Assembly (NCBI GenBank): GCA_002633005.1
Contig: NMRA01000494.1
Coordinates: 77,195 to 141,194, forward strand
Length of the DNA: 64,000 bases
Source: Phoronis australis
Taxonomy: Eukaryota > Animalia > Phoronida
Direction: 5' to 3'
Part shown: positions 26,101 to 37,905 of the stretch, piece by piece
How the letters are laid out: each line of letters starts with the position of its first letter
Position numbering within the stretch: the stretch's first letter is position 1
Position numbers and translations under genes: made by a program
Notes under the pieces: model-generated
Databases searched by the model: none
What the model was told of the DNA's origin: nothing
The model's input: the letters and a program-made list of their open reading frames with translations, nothing else

Positions 26101-27416
26101 GGTATGAATTAACAAGACCACAAGTACACAGACCAGTGAATGAGCAAGCACAATTGGGTCGGCACAAGTTAAATCTTTTTTAGGTTTACATCTGGGATAA
26201 AGCTCGTAACGCGCTAAAAAGCAAGAATTCTTGAAATTACGTGATGTATTGTGTTTTTTTAATTGAAAGCTTGATTTTGGCTAGATTTTTGTATTTCCCA
26301 AGACAACTACTGAACTCTACCCTAGTCTGCGACCAGGGGCGAAAGGGTGAGAATCTCACGAACACGCTAGACTGAAGGCGTCGAGACCTATGGTGAGGCA
26401 TTGCAAACGAAGCACACGATCACACTATCTTCTTTAGCGAGCTTCTTGCATCTGCGATGCTTATCAAAGTGCAACAGACAATTTGTAAGGGTAGTGAAAG
26501 GTGGTTACGTGAATGTACATTAGCTTTTGATATGTGTTATAGCACACCGGCACTTACACAACTTAGGACAGGGATGCAATGTCTCTGCCCGTTTCTTAGT
26601 GCTGGGCCTTGCACCATGTTTCATTTTTAACCAGCTTCACTTTGGCTCCGTCTCATTCGGCTGCTGCTGTTCACTATCTACACTACTTTGAACGCGCAAT
26701 ATCCTACGGACAGACTTAGCTGTGGCCTATTGTGTATGGGGGCCTAAACAAAAAATATTTCTCATCACGTCAAGAATAAAATCCAGACACGTCGTCGGGA
26801 GATTTTAGCCACTAACAAGGGTATTTGCAAAGGCCAGGACGTTTTAAAAATAAAAACGTTTCGTAAACACGCAAGTTGATGTCAGGCGTGCAAGTTCAAT
26901 GTCACAGTCGGAAGTCGAACAACACGGTCTAATTTAACCAGAGCACATCTTACGCTACAACGGAAAAACTGCAGCCTTCGGTGTATTTCCATTTGTATCT
27001 TCATCAGAAATTTTCGTCATGCGGGACTCGGTGACTCTTTTCATAGCTAAAGCGCCAAACACAAGCTAAACGCAAGACAATCGAGTAACGGTCATGACAT
27101 CGTCAAGACAAGGTCAAAATTACAAAGCCCGTTACACCAATTCTCAGATTCAAGCCTTATAGAGTAGTAATCTTCCGTTGAACGCTTTAGTGACACGGGA
27201 GTTGCGTTGATCCCAAATTAGCGTTTCTAAAATTTCCCTTGTCCGAAAGCCGCGGACAAAAATCCGACGTTTATGACATTGTCCGAAATTCCAAGATCAT
27301 TGAAAAACAGTTTTTGGACCTTGTACGAATTTCGTGGACTATGAAAAACTCATTTCGAAAATACTTATTCTTGGTCGAAAATGGCGGGCCGTCCGAAAAT
27401 CACGCGACTTTGCCGT
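23129..27416. mobile_element. 4.3 kb non-autonomous TIR element with TA target duplication (Tc1/mariner-pogo-like)
   Basis: TA|CGGTAAAGTCGCGTGATTTTCGGAC at 23127-23153 and GTCCGAAAATCACGCGACTTTGCCG|TA at 27391-27418 (25 bp TIR, 1 mismatch). No intact transposase inside. Confidence 0.8.
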
Positions 27417-27418
27417 AG

Positions 27419-28060
27419 CGCATCTCATTTTGCCCAAAAACTCAGGCTGGACATTTTCCATGAAGTGTGTTGTGTGCACATATGGAGTTGATCAGAAAAA
27501 AAGCAACCTGCAGCGTGTGTATGACAGAACGACAAAAGGGTAGCAAGGAATCTGATCAGTAAAGTTCGAGCAACTTGAGAATGGTAAGTGCGAGCGTCAG
27601 AAACAGATGGTCCAACATGAGATCCACCCACATTCGAAATTTCAGTAAAACCCTTCCAGAAACAATGGAGCTGTAGCACCACAAAGGAAAATCGATAAAT
27701 GACCACCACAGCGCCATCTGGTGTTCAATTTACAAAAAACGATATGCCTCAAGCTAGTAATGAAACAAATATTGTGAATTTCATGTACAATGGATACAAA
27801 AGCGTGGATTATAGTGTGCAAACGAAACAAAACAAGTTATGAAAGCGCTCAGGCAGAATGAAATTTGGCAAAGTCAACTGAAGCTCAGTCAGGAGTATGA
27901 GTCAGCAAAATGAATGATGATGCAGAACTTGATGTCTTAAGACCACGGCATCGCTGTTACCACTGTTAAGTACATGGACAATGCCGCCAGCAACACCAGC
28001 AGCATCGCACAGATGATGATGCCACCTCCAATAGTGATGACAGCTCTGATTATCGATGAA
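27419..28060 (+). pseudogene. Decayed C-terminal part of a putative DUF6589-like (Academ-type) transposase, continuing from 23060-23128
   Basis: Joining across the TA element with several frameshifts gives KAGNTEG..VSKRMMRRLRVL|AHLILPKKLRLDIFHE...KGVARNL..EQL.RMV...RNRWSNMRSTHIRNFSKTLPETMEL, then RHRCYHC and an acidic tail. Motif resemblance only. Confidence 0.3.
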
Positions 28061-28899
28061 GATCTTAAAGGAGAATGCCAATAATTTCATTTGCAATCAC
28101 CATTTGTCTTACTGAAGTTCACTTGGGGGTACATACACTACATTTTCTTAGCCTTGTTGGCCCTTTTTCAACACAGCAGAACTCGCTCAATATCCAAACT
28201 TTTGGTTTGTTAGGTATTGAATAATTTGCTGTGTTGCCTAGGTTAACATACTCTGCAGGTCTTTTTATTACAGAGTGTGAACTTTAGTTTTTAATATTCT
28301 TTACAATAGATGAGCTTTAGAAACACAAATTTCGTAACGTGATTCTGAAAGTGATTGAGTTATTCCTAGTCATGTCAAAACAGTTGCTTACTTAATAAAA
28401 TAAATTTCTTTTCTACTGTTGAGAGTTGAAAATTGGATTTTTTAAAATGGCCACTCATAACGCTAAAAATGCATGAAATTCATAAACAGAAACATGCACA
28501 AGTTTTTCAAACACTGTCCAATTTTGACGACTCTTGATTGTGATTTACCTGTCTGCTTTATAAATAGCAGCCATCCTTTAGCATGTGTTGTGACTGGACT
28601 CTGAAAGGGATTATGTACCCACAGTTAGTCAACAGCTGCGCTGGTTCACCCTGAAATGTGTTTTGACACAGGATCATGTATATTGCTGCATTGTAACCAT
28701 TGCGGTTTCTGTAGAACAAGCCAAATGCATTCAAACAAAATGATATGGAATTTCCATTGTTGTACTCTGTTATCACAGTCTGTGTCTAAATAGTTAGGTC
28801 AGTAAAAGAATTCTGTATCTGGGATGATCTGAAATAATACAGGTTTGGGTTGTTTTGGCTCTCTTTTGTGCTGCAGTTAACTGTGGATAACTTCCAATG

Positions 28900-30072
28900 G
28901 GAAAAGGTTCCTTTTATGTCATAACGCTAAACCCTCGTAAGAGACCGCCCCGAGTTGGCTGCTGGAGCAACTCGGGGCGGTCTGGGATCAAGCGGAAAAA
29001 CCACAGGGTAGATCTGTGGTCGACGAATCTATTCGGTCGATTACATTTTATTGCCCGTGAAGCCGCTAAGGGCTGCCTGAAGAAATATGACTCGCGTGTT
29101 TGTATTTTCTCCTTTTTCAATGACATGTAAAAGATTCATCAACAAATTCCTCGTAAAATTCTGAAAACAAGCGTTTTTCTCCCACGAAAATCGATGAAGT
29201 TTTGGCCGAGATATTTCACTTTCAGTCCAGGCTAGCAGAAGAAATACCTGAACAAATTGACATATAAAGTCATTGTCTTCTGGAAGGTGGCTTTGAAACA
29301 CCTTCATCTGTTCGTAGACGATGGAATGCCGTCATCAATCTGTCAAAGTCCTGTGATGACGAAGTGCCAGACAATGAGTTTCTCAAGATATTTGAAAATT
29401 TGTTACATATGAAACTGCAGTCAACTCCTGACTCTTTAAAAACTTCCGCTAACGCCACAACCTTTTTCCAGTGACTAGATGCTGCAGAATTTCTGAATGG
29501 GCAAAAAATGATTCGGGTTAGTGTGCTGGGTAAAGTGTCGATTGCGAATGAAAGAATGTGATTTCTTGGTTGATCGCCCGAATGCTCCGGCGTTGTATTT
29601 TCCTTTTCAAGGTGTACCATGTTCTTGTGAGCTGAAAAAGTGCAGTCGGAAGTTAGAAACTAAAGACGAATCTTCAGAAAATATGAGTAGCCAACTTAAC
29701 AATTTGAATGCCAGGCTAGAGGCAATTTTATTACTTTCGTAATCAATATCAACACATTACATGTACTTAACAAACAAAATCCATTGTTGAATGGTTACTC
29801 ACCTTTCAAGTCTGGTCTTTCATGTTTTTTCACGACGTGTCCGCGAAAACCACTAACAGAACAGTAAGTTTTTGGACACAGGGACACTGAAAGCTGGGGC
29901 TCGAAGTTTTCTCAACAGCAGTCTTAGGTGGTGGCTCGCTGTCGTCTACTCCGCATTCTCCCTCTGATGCTGAACTTGAACATGTATCGAAATTATCATC
30001 CTCGGTGTAGTCACCTAATAACTGATCTAAATCTATATCACCCCATTTGATGAACTCTTCACTTCTCTGCAT
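28900..30072 (-). pseudogene. Degenerate C2H2 zinc-finger gene, probably a transposon accessory ORF
   Basis: Exon ~30072-29804 has an acidic N-terminus, then (1-nt frameshift) FQCPxCPKTYCSVSGFRGHVVKKH and a GTGAGT donor. Downstream broken frames at 29620-28914 end in an RGGL motif. Confidence 0.5.
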
Positions 30073-30825
30073 TTTGACATGAAAGTAAGCGTAATTCTTG
30101 AAAGATACAATTTTTGAAACACGCTGAACAAGTCATACAAGAAGCGCCAACCTATTAGAAAACACGACCCTGGAATCACGAGCACCGTATTTATATCAGA
30201 GGTTGTGTTTCTGTGCTCACACATGTTAACCACTTAAAAACAAAATTATAACTACATGTCGTCTCACGACAAAATAGTCAAACGAGCACCCTTGTGGCGA
30301 AACATCATGGTATATTTGACTCAACAAAGAGTGCTACTAGTTATATNTCAAAGAAACCAGTAATGGAATATTATTGTATGAAGCTAAGAGTGGGGAAACA
30401 GCCTACAGAATACGTACCGTGAATTCTACAGCTGAACTGAGGACTTTTGTTGAACAAAACTTGACTGCTTATTCTTGGTCTGATGTGGAACGCATTTTCA
30501 GTAACCAACTAAAATTTATTAAATCACGGCTTTGACTCATTTAGTCAGTTGTAGGATTTCTATAGACTATGTATTCACAAATATGACAAAATTGTTGTAT
30601 TACAATTTGGTAGTGCCAGGGCCTTTTATGTGTTTATGGTGATTGTAATCAACTTTTTGACAAGAAGTTAGAATAAATAAATAAAATTTGAGCAGTTCCT
30701 TTTTACAAAATTTTATCGCATGTGTGCACACACACATATTTTTATTTATACTCAAAGCCTGTGGCTAGTTGATGTGAAGCAAGAGTTGAGTTTAGATTTT
30801 TACAGTAATTTTAGGGACTGAATGA

Positions 30826-30828
<3 letters not shown>

Positions 30829-30857
<29 letters not shown>
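30829..30857. repeat. (TA)n microsatellite
   Basis: Directly visible. Confidence 0.95.
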
Positions 30858-30862
<5 letters not shown>

Positions 30863-32061
30863 TATCCTGCTATACATAGTGAATGGTAAATGTAACTATA
30901 CAAGTGGAGAATGTATTGAGAGCTGGGATATTTACATGAAGTTTACAAAGACTAACTTACAGTAGAGTGTCTGGGTTTAGTTCTCTAATATTACTCTTAG
31001 GAAGATTTATGAAGCTATCTAATCTTTCCAGTGGTATCATTTAGAAGTCCCATAACTTAGGCGAGTTACTTAAAATTATTAAGTCGGTATGTGGTAGTAT
31101 TTACTGATGGTGCATTAAGGTGATCGGTTTAAAGCTAATTTGTTACGTATGGCACATTATACAACAGTTCACTATCAGATTTCGGTCGGGGTTGTAGACG
31201 TACGTGTGGGATATATAATGTAAAGTTACTAATTTGTTACGTTTAATCTGACGTATAGCCAGTATCATCGACGTTGTAGCTTTCCTCATTCTCCGGGCCT
31301 GATCGCGATTTCATAATTGAACTTTCAGTTAACAGACTGTGTCAGTAGTTATAATGGCGTGTGGCTGAGTTGTGTTTGAGAGGCATACAATATGTAGTGG
31401 TTAATAAAATACTTATTATATCTCACTTCTTTGGCACATGGCACCTATTGTACTTTGGACAAAGTGCAGTAGTTTGTTTTCCAGATAGATGATTTTGAAA
31501 GTGTTTTTCGTAAACGGCATCCCCGTCACAGTTTACTTATTAGTTTCATCTCCTGTAATGTTTCTGCCTTGTAAAAGTTTAACACAGATCAATGGCGAGA
31601 AGAAAAAGAGACGTGGTGTAAATTAAAAAAAATCTACTCTTGTACCACGGACTATCTAGTGCAATAGGCGAATCGCACAATTTTTATTTTCAATTTTGAT
31701 ATTTTCTTTTTCTTTAAATCGCGACACTACAATAAATAGGGAGGCGTGAGTGTAGAGTTTGAGCGAACTGATGAAATAATTTTTTAAAGACGATCGGATC
31801 TTAAGTCGTTGTCCTTCACTTCGTGTACTAACAAATCTGGGTCACTAAAAGTGCTAAATAGGCAAGTCATCATGAATACCAACAATTGCAACAAAGAAAC
31901 TAGGCCATGGATCTTATCAACAGCAACAACAAAAGCAATATTGATCAACTGACCCTCAACTGACCTTGCGCCGAAAACGCGACCTCTTACAGATCCTCCG
32001 TACGAACAAGGTCACAACAGTCACTTAAAATACGTCAACTAGTTTGCTGCTACTTCTGTTC

Positions 32062-33639
32062 TCAGGCGTTTTTGCCCACAATAGCTGAACGATAATTTGT
32101 GAGCATGAACACAACGTACACTATAGCACTGCCCATGTACAGCGTGTTTGCAGGTAATTTCTTTCGAAGAATCTGATATGTCTTAGCATATCCTATAACC
32201 CGTTCAAAATGAATACGTTTTGATGCGATTCTTCGATCCTTTATGACAGTCTTAGCGTCAAGCTGATTCCTTCCCTTCATAGTGGTGGGCACATTTACTT
32301 TAACGTCAAGGGTAGCAAAGAGGTCTTGCACTAAAAGCCCTCTATCGGCTAATATAGAGTCTCCAGTGTTGAAGCGTCACCTGTCGGAAAGGAGAGTACT
32401 CCTTTCAATAATCTGGCTGTCGCTGACAGAGCCACCATAGCTTGAGCTGACATAAGTCACAATTCCACGTGGACCTACACCCACCATTGTCTTCAGCGTA
32501 TTGGAATTTTTGTATGATGACCACGTGCTTCGCTGTGAGTTACAATTGGACAACTTTTGAATTGGAATTTCAGTGGCATCTAGAATAATTCGTGTTGACG
32601 GAAACAAGTGTTTAAAATGTGTGGGAAAGTATTCATCCACGATTTCACGACTGGGCCACAGTTCTAATTCCTTCAATTCAAAGTACATAAATGCCACCCA
32701 TGTCTTAAATATCTGTGACACAGAGCCTTTGCCAATGCCAAAGTCAATCGCCAACTGAATGTCTTCTTTGGCACATCGCAGCTTGATAAGAGTAAAAAAA
32801 AGTTCATCTTGTGGACCCAGGGTCGAACTTTTATAAGCAAGACAGTCCACAGAAGGACCCAGTATCGTATTTAACATTAAAAAATGACCGTATGAATTGA
32901 AACCTGTCAGGTACTGAAATGCTTCGTCATCTCTTTCAAATCGCTTCACTCGGTAGCACGCATCTGTTGTTAGAAGCTCACACTGCACAGAGAGGTCACA
33001 TGAGTTGGAGTTTTTCACTGTACATTCTTCCTGCTCGTCACCAACTTCTACGCAGGCACCGAGAGCAACGTCACCCAAGTCTGGTGTTTCCTGGAAAAGC
33101 AAATAACAACATTGATTGACATTAAGTCAAATTTAAGATTATGAACATCTTGCAAAACTACAGCATTCTTTATGAACCTCATCATATAACATCACTTACA
33201 ATTTATCAGAGCATTTATCACATGCGGCGCACCATAGGGCATTTTTTCAGTGCTATGCTGCACATGGTCTAAAGGCGGTGCGCCATAGGGGGCCTGAGGG
33301 GGCTTTTTTCAGTGGTGTGCCACCCATGAATCAGTACTGTTTAAAGATGGAACACCTGTGAAACAGACAAATTTAGTGGGGGAAGGTAACACCTCGTCCT
33401 CAAAAAGGGGGCCCCTGAGCCCCTTTCATGAATTTATTAACCTGCCCCAGTCAGAAGGCATAAGCTTCTTAATTTTACAGTAAGTATACTTAACAAAATT
33501 AGAATCAAAACAAACAAGGTACATACCACTTTCTGGCGTTTCTGGAGGCGTTCTCGTCTAGCAGACGCTGCAGCTGACACCTGCTTGCCAAATGGGAACA
33601 GGGAGGGGACAACACCTGGCTTTAGACGTCGTCTCTTTC
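32062..33639 (-). pseudogene. ISL2EU-type (PIF/Harbinger-related) THAP-HTH-DDE transposase, 5'-truncated
   Basis: Exon 33639-33527 carries the THAP end motif LKPGVVPSLF. Exon 33090-32062 has the HTH (ELFFTLIKLR..LAIDFGIGKGSVSQIF), IILDATEIPIQK, SSYKNSNTLK, YGGSVSD, ILADRG and RRIASKRIHFERVIG, with one in-frame TGA at 32377-32379. Possible terminus AATAGGCGAAT near 31663. Confidence 0.88.
33221..33328. mobile_element. MITE, CATGG TIR family (in ISL2EU intron)
   Basis: CATGCGGCGCACCA ... GGTGTGCCACCCATG; the internal sequence is the reverse complement of the 5530-5677 copy. Confidence 0.6.
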
Positions 33640-33820
33640 CTAAACCCAAGAGAACCACATAAATGTTTTTGCTGGCAGCAGTTCAATAAATATTGTCTTG
33701 TATGAATCACTCAGTAGGTAAAAATAATACAGTGGCTGCATTAAAACATATGGTCAGGACCACAGCACGAGTCAGTAACTTATTGCCTGATTTGCAATAC
33801 GCCCAGCTTGACAGGCTCTG

Positions 33821-36800
33821 GGCCCGGTGCCTAATGTCAGACTCGAGCTCGAACTCGGACTCGAAATCTCATTTTCAACTCGACTGGAGTCTAAACTCGA
33901 AATAGGCGTGCCTAATGTCAGACTCGAAAATTTTTTGCTAAGCTAGCGTACTTGAAATCGCACTCGAAAATAAAAAATGGCAGACGTTAGACATTATTTA
34001 AGAAATAGAGGCAGAGAAAGGGCAGCTGCGATACGAAGACCACTTCCAGACCGACAAAACCCGTTGGAGAGCCTGAGTAGCGAGGAAGTATTCCGTAGGT
34101 ACCGCTTCGTACCCAACACTATAGTCTTCATATTAAATCTAATCAATATAAACCAATACCACAGCAACACATCGTTACCGCCTCTTTACAAACTCCTCCT
34201 GACCCTCCGCTTCCTCGCCTCAGGCTCTCATTACACCCTCATCGGGGAATCTCTAATGTATGGAAAATCGACAGTGGGACGAGCAATCCGTCAAGTTTGC
34301 TGTGCTCTGATAAAGACCGCCGGCCACTTTGTGGCATTTCCAACGGGAGATAGTGCAAGAATAACCAAGTGCCGGTTTTCTGAGTTGTCAGGTAAATATG
34401 GATCATTTCTTAATTGTTATTTACTGAGAGTGAGAGCGGGATTTTCGGCCACACGTTAAACACGAACGCTAACGCTTGAGGGCGTCGTTGTTTGTTTATA
34501 AGTTGACCTACATTTCCGCGCTCAGCCTTTGTAAATTTGCCGGACAACGTGGGCGGAGATGGCTTCGTCATCGTGAGTTTTGTTGTCAATTTATCGTGAA
34601 AGTTCGTTAAATGTGACCCCTTTAACAGTTTTAGAAAGTTAAGTCAACCATAAGACAAATGTCACTTAGTGCATTTGCCTTATTCGGATCAATGTTTGAA
34701 ACATGACCTCTGTTCTGATCCACAAGGCACTAGTGACTATCATGTGTCTCGTCGACTTGCAATGTTGCTGATAGATTCATTTCCCAGCCACAACAGGCGG
34801 TAATAATCATGGGTGGCACAGAAAAAGGCAGTGTTTAATGAAAAGAACAGAGAGAGATACTTTGATACGAAATACCCACAACAAACAGGAGCCACAGTTT
34901 CTTTTTGAGGCTCGTCAATGTCATTTTTGGTGTCAGAAAAGACAACTTAGGACTTCAATTTTTAGATAGCTTTTGCGGGGCAATGTCACTTCCATTGCTG
35001 CTCGGATCCCTCTGTTTCCGGCAAGTCTCTCAGCAGTCTTGTAGTGGTAAAATTAGAGGTAAGTAGGCGCCCAAAGCCCACCGTATGACCTCGAGCACTG
35101 AACGTAACTTACGGTGCGTAGGCGCTATGGTTGGGTGCACCTACGTGCGCCTACGCCCCACTACAACACTGTCTCTCAGTCTTCTAGCTGGCACCCAGTA
35201 GCTGACGGTCGCTGCTGACAAAATTCAACGCCCAGTATATTGCTACTTTGCTGAGACACTTTTAACATATCGGAATTCTGAGAAAGTGGCACTGAGAGGT
35301 AGCCAAAAAGTACAATAAGTGACACTATGTTTTTTTAAAACAATCAATCAATTTTGCATTTTGATCATTGAATTGCCCCAGGTGGGACCTATTATTCGTG
35401 TTGTACCTGTAGCAGAAGCTCTCTAGTAATGGTTATGATGTAGCATTTTTTAATCATAAAATACAGTTTATTTTAAAAAATGTTTGCTTGGTTTGTGTTC
35501 CATACAGTCCTATTAACCCGAGATCATTTCACCTTTACTGATTTTGATGTAACACTAGGGATACATACATTCATTGTTGATGTCATTTTTTAATTCGATT
35601 TTATCACAGGTTTCCCGAATGTGTTAGGTGCAATAGACTCTACCCACATCAGAATTCAGAAACCGGCAGAGGGAAATTCACATGTCTTTGTGAACCAAAA
35701 GATGTTCCATAGTGTTAATGTCCAGGTAAATCCAATGTGCTAAAATTTGTAGAACCACTTTTCCACTCTGTTTTGCTGCAGTCTCTATTTTCCCTTTATA
35801 TATATACACTTAATGTTTAAATTAAGTTCATCATGTCACGACAAGTTATTGTTTGAACACTTTTACATACAATTAATAGAACCAAGAGAATCGTTTACAT
35901 CTATGGTAGGCCTACTTGCATTTAGCTTAGATCTCTCTCAGATGCTATCATTAATTTATGAATATAACGAAATTCAAAGTAGTACATACTTTTGGCATAA
36001 GAAAATTATAACTTTACTAGCCAAGAAAACTGTCATAAAATATAAAATAGATCTTTAATTGGGGAAAGTCCACTGCTGTGTTATGAAATTGAATAAATGA
36101 ATAGATTATTCATATAAAGCAGAGCCAATCGGGCAGGTGTGGTGGCCACTGCAACAATATTTTTGGTATGACAAGTGTGTTTTGAGTCTTTTATAACGCA
36201 CCGAATGACGTGAGAATTCTAATTTCCTTCAAATGTATAACTTATGCCTGTGAATATTAACTAGAAATTGGTGTAAAAGCCTTTTGAGTTTAAGAATTGT
36301 TGAAATTTTAATCAAATATTCCAACTTCACATGATGTTGTGAATGACGGATGTACATACAGGCGGGTCAGCGGCGTCAAATCCCTCATCGAAAAGTGCGA
36401 GGAAATGAATTGGTTGAGTACCTTTTATTAGTGTGAGCGTTAGAAAAGCTAGGCTCAGGATTTTGAACCATTCTTGACGGAAGGTGTTAAAAATTCTTCA
36501 GAAACGTAACATGGGTCACTTTTGAGGTGGAACTTCAATGGAAGAAAATCTCAACAGCACCAGATAATATCACCGAAAGAGTAAGCGCCCTCTGCAAAAC
36601 CGTATGTTCACCAAACTAAACAACAAAATGTATTTAATGAACAAATTTTTTGCTTTGTAGATGTGCTGTGATGCAAAATTTCGAATAACAAATTGTGTTG
36701 CCAAGTGGCCTGGCAGTGTGCACGACAGCAGGATTTTTCGGAACTCGATGCTATGTCTACAATTTGAACAAGGTATGCCTTATCAGTGTTGTATTTACAG

Positions 36801-37904
36801 GTGCTATTACAGAGAGAGTGAGAAATAGCCAGGCATTAAAATCAGTAATAAAATCAGTGTTCGTATCACAAATTCATTGGGAAAAATGAGTGTTCTGCAA
36901 TGGACTAAAGTGAATTTGTATGTGAAAATGATGGAGAGTATTATTTTCCTACGTTTTGCATGTTACCAAAAAAACAAGAAAAAAAATCGGTTTTCGTATC
37001 ACAAATATACTAAAGTGAATTTGTATGTGAAAACATCACCATTTGTGTTCTTGAGCTGTTGAATTTTAGCTTAATTGATAAATATTGGATAGATATTGGA
37101 AAAACTTCATTACATGAGAAAACTGGCTTGCATTTAAGTTGGTTTTGCCAATTATTACTAAAATAAAGGGTTCTTTCTTTGATAAAAGTTATCAATAAAC
37201 ATTTACATTTATCTTCAATTGTCATTTCTGGTGGCTTTCTATTAAAGAACACCCTAAATCAGAATGGACATTGCAGATGTTGCAAATAGTGCCTTCTTTA
37301 ACATAAATGGGGCTTTAGATCAAATAAATTACGCCAACTTGTCATGTTCATTTGTCTGAAACATGTTCTTTATATAAACTATCACAGCATTATAAAAATG
37401 TTAATATTTTCAGTTTGGTTACCATGGATCAGTTAAAAACACAAATACAGTGCTCTTAACTTTATTTGGATTGACATGTGCGTTAACTTAAACAATTATA
37501 TTGAATTATGGTAAAAACTTTTCAATTTTGTTCGAGAATCATTGTGAAAACTGGCATTTTTGTTCATGCTCAGTCAGTGCTCCTGTTTAATGTTCACTTG
37601 CTAAATCATTGCAAATTAATTCCATGATAGCATGAAATTGTGCCAAATTGAAATAATTCAACTGACATCAAGGATTTCATTGTAATAATTGTTTTAATTT
37701 TTCTTTATTCAAGTGAACACAGAGGAATTTTGTTAGGAGATTCGGGCTACCCTTATTGAACGTTTCTAATGACGTCATTTATTAATCCTGGTGATGATTC
37801 AGAGGTCTCTTTCAATAACGCATTAAATTATGTAGAGCGAGAGTGTTAATTGAGCAAACGTTTGGTATTTTAAAGCGCCGTTTCTCTTGTCTTCATGGTG
37901 AGTT
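33821..37904 (+). mobile_element. Harbinger DNA transposon with 4-exon HARBI1-like transposase (exon 4 disabled; 3' end lost at N)
   Basis: Left end CTG|GGCCCGGTGCCTAATG with ACTCGA subterminal repeats. Exons 33977-34391 (FRRYRF..LLLTLRFLASG..KSTVGRAI), 35610-35725 ([23 protein letters not shown]), 36661-36772 (AKWPGSVHDSRIF) and ~37713-37904 (LLGDSGY, then a TGA and a frameshift, RARVLIEQTFGILKRRF; acceptor appears mutated). Confidence 0.92.
35034..35171. mobile_element. hAT MITE with perfect 8 bp TSD, in Harbinger intron 1
   Basis: TSD TCTCTCAG at 35026-35033 and 35172-35179; termini CAGTCTTGTAGTGG / CCACTACAACACTG. Its reverse complement aligns with the left end of the hAT at 17490. Confidence 0.88.
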
Positions 37905-37905
37905 N

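Noticed and set aside
22895-33339. CAGTACTGAT (22895) and ATCAGTACTG (~33330) as TIRs of a 10 kb element
   Set aside because: The match is only about 11 bp, does not extend, and the second site lies in the ISL2EU intron.
37870-37905. BEL integrase ORF apparently extending to LTMKTRETAL / BEL inserted in Harbinger
   Set aside because: Read-through across an N join into the antisense of Harbinger exon 4; no LTR or TSD at the junction.
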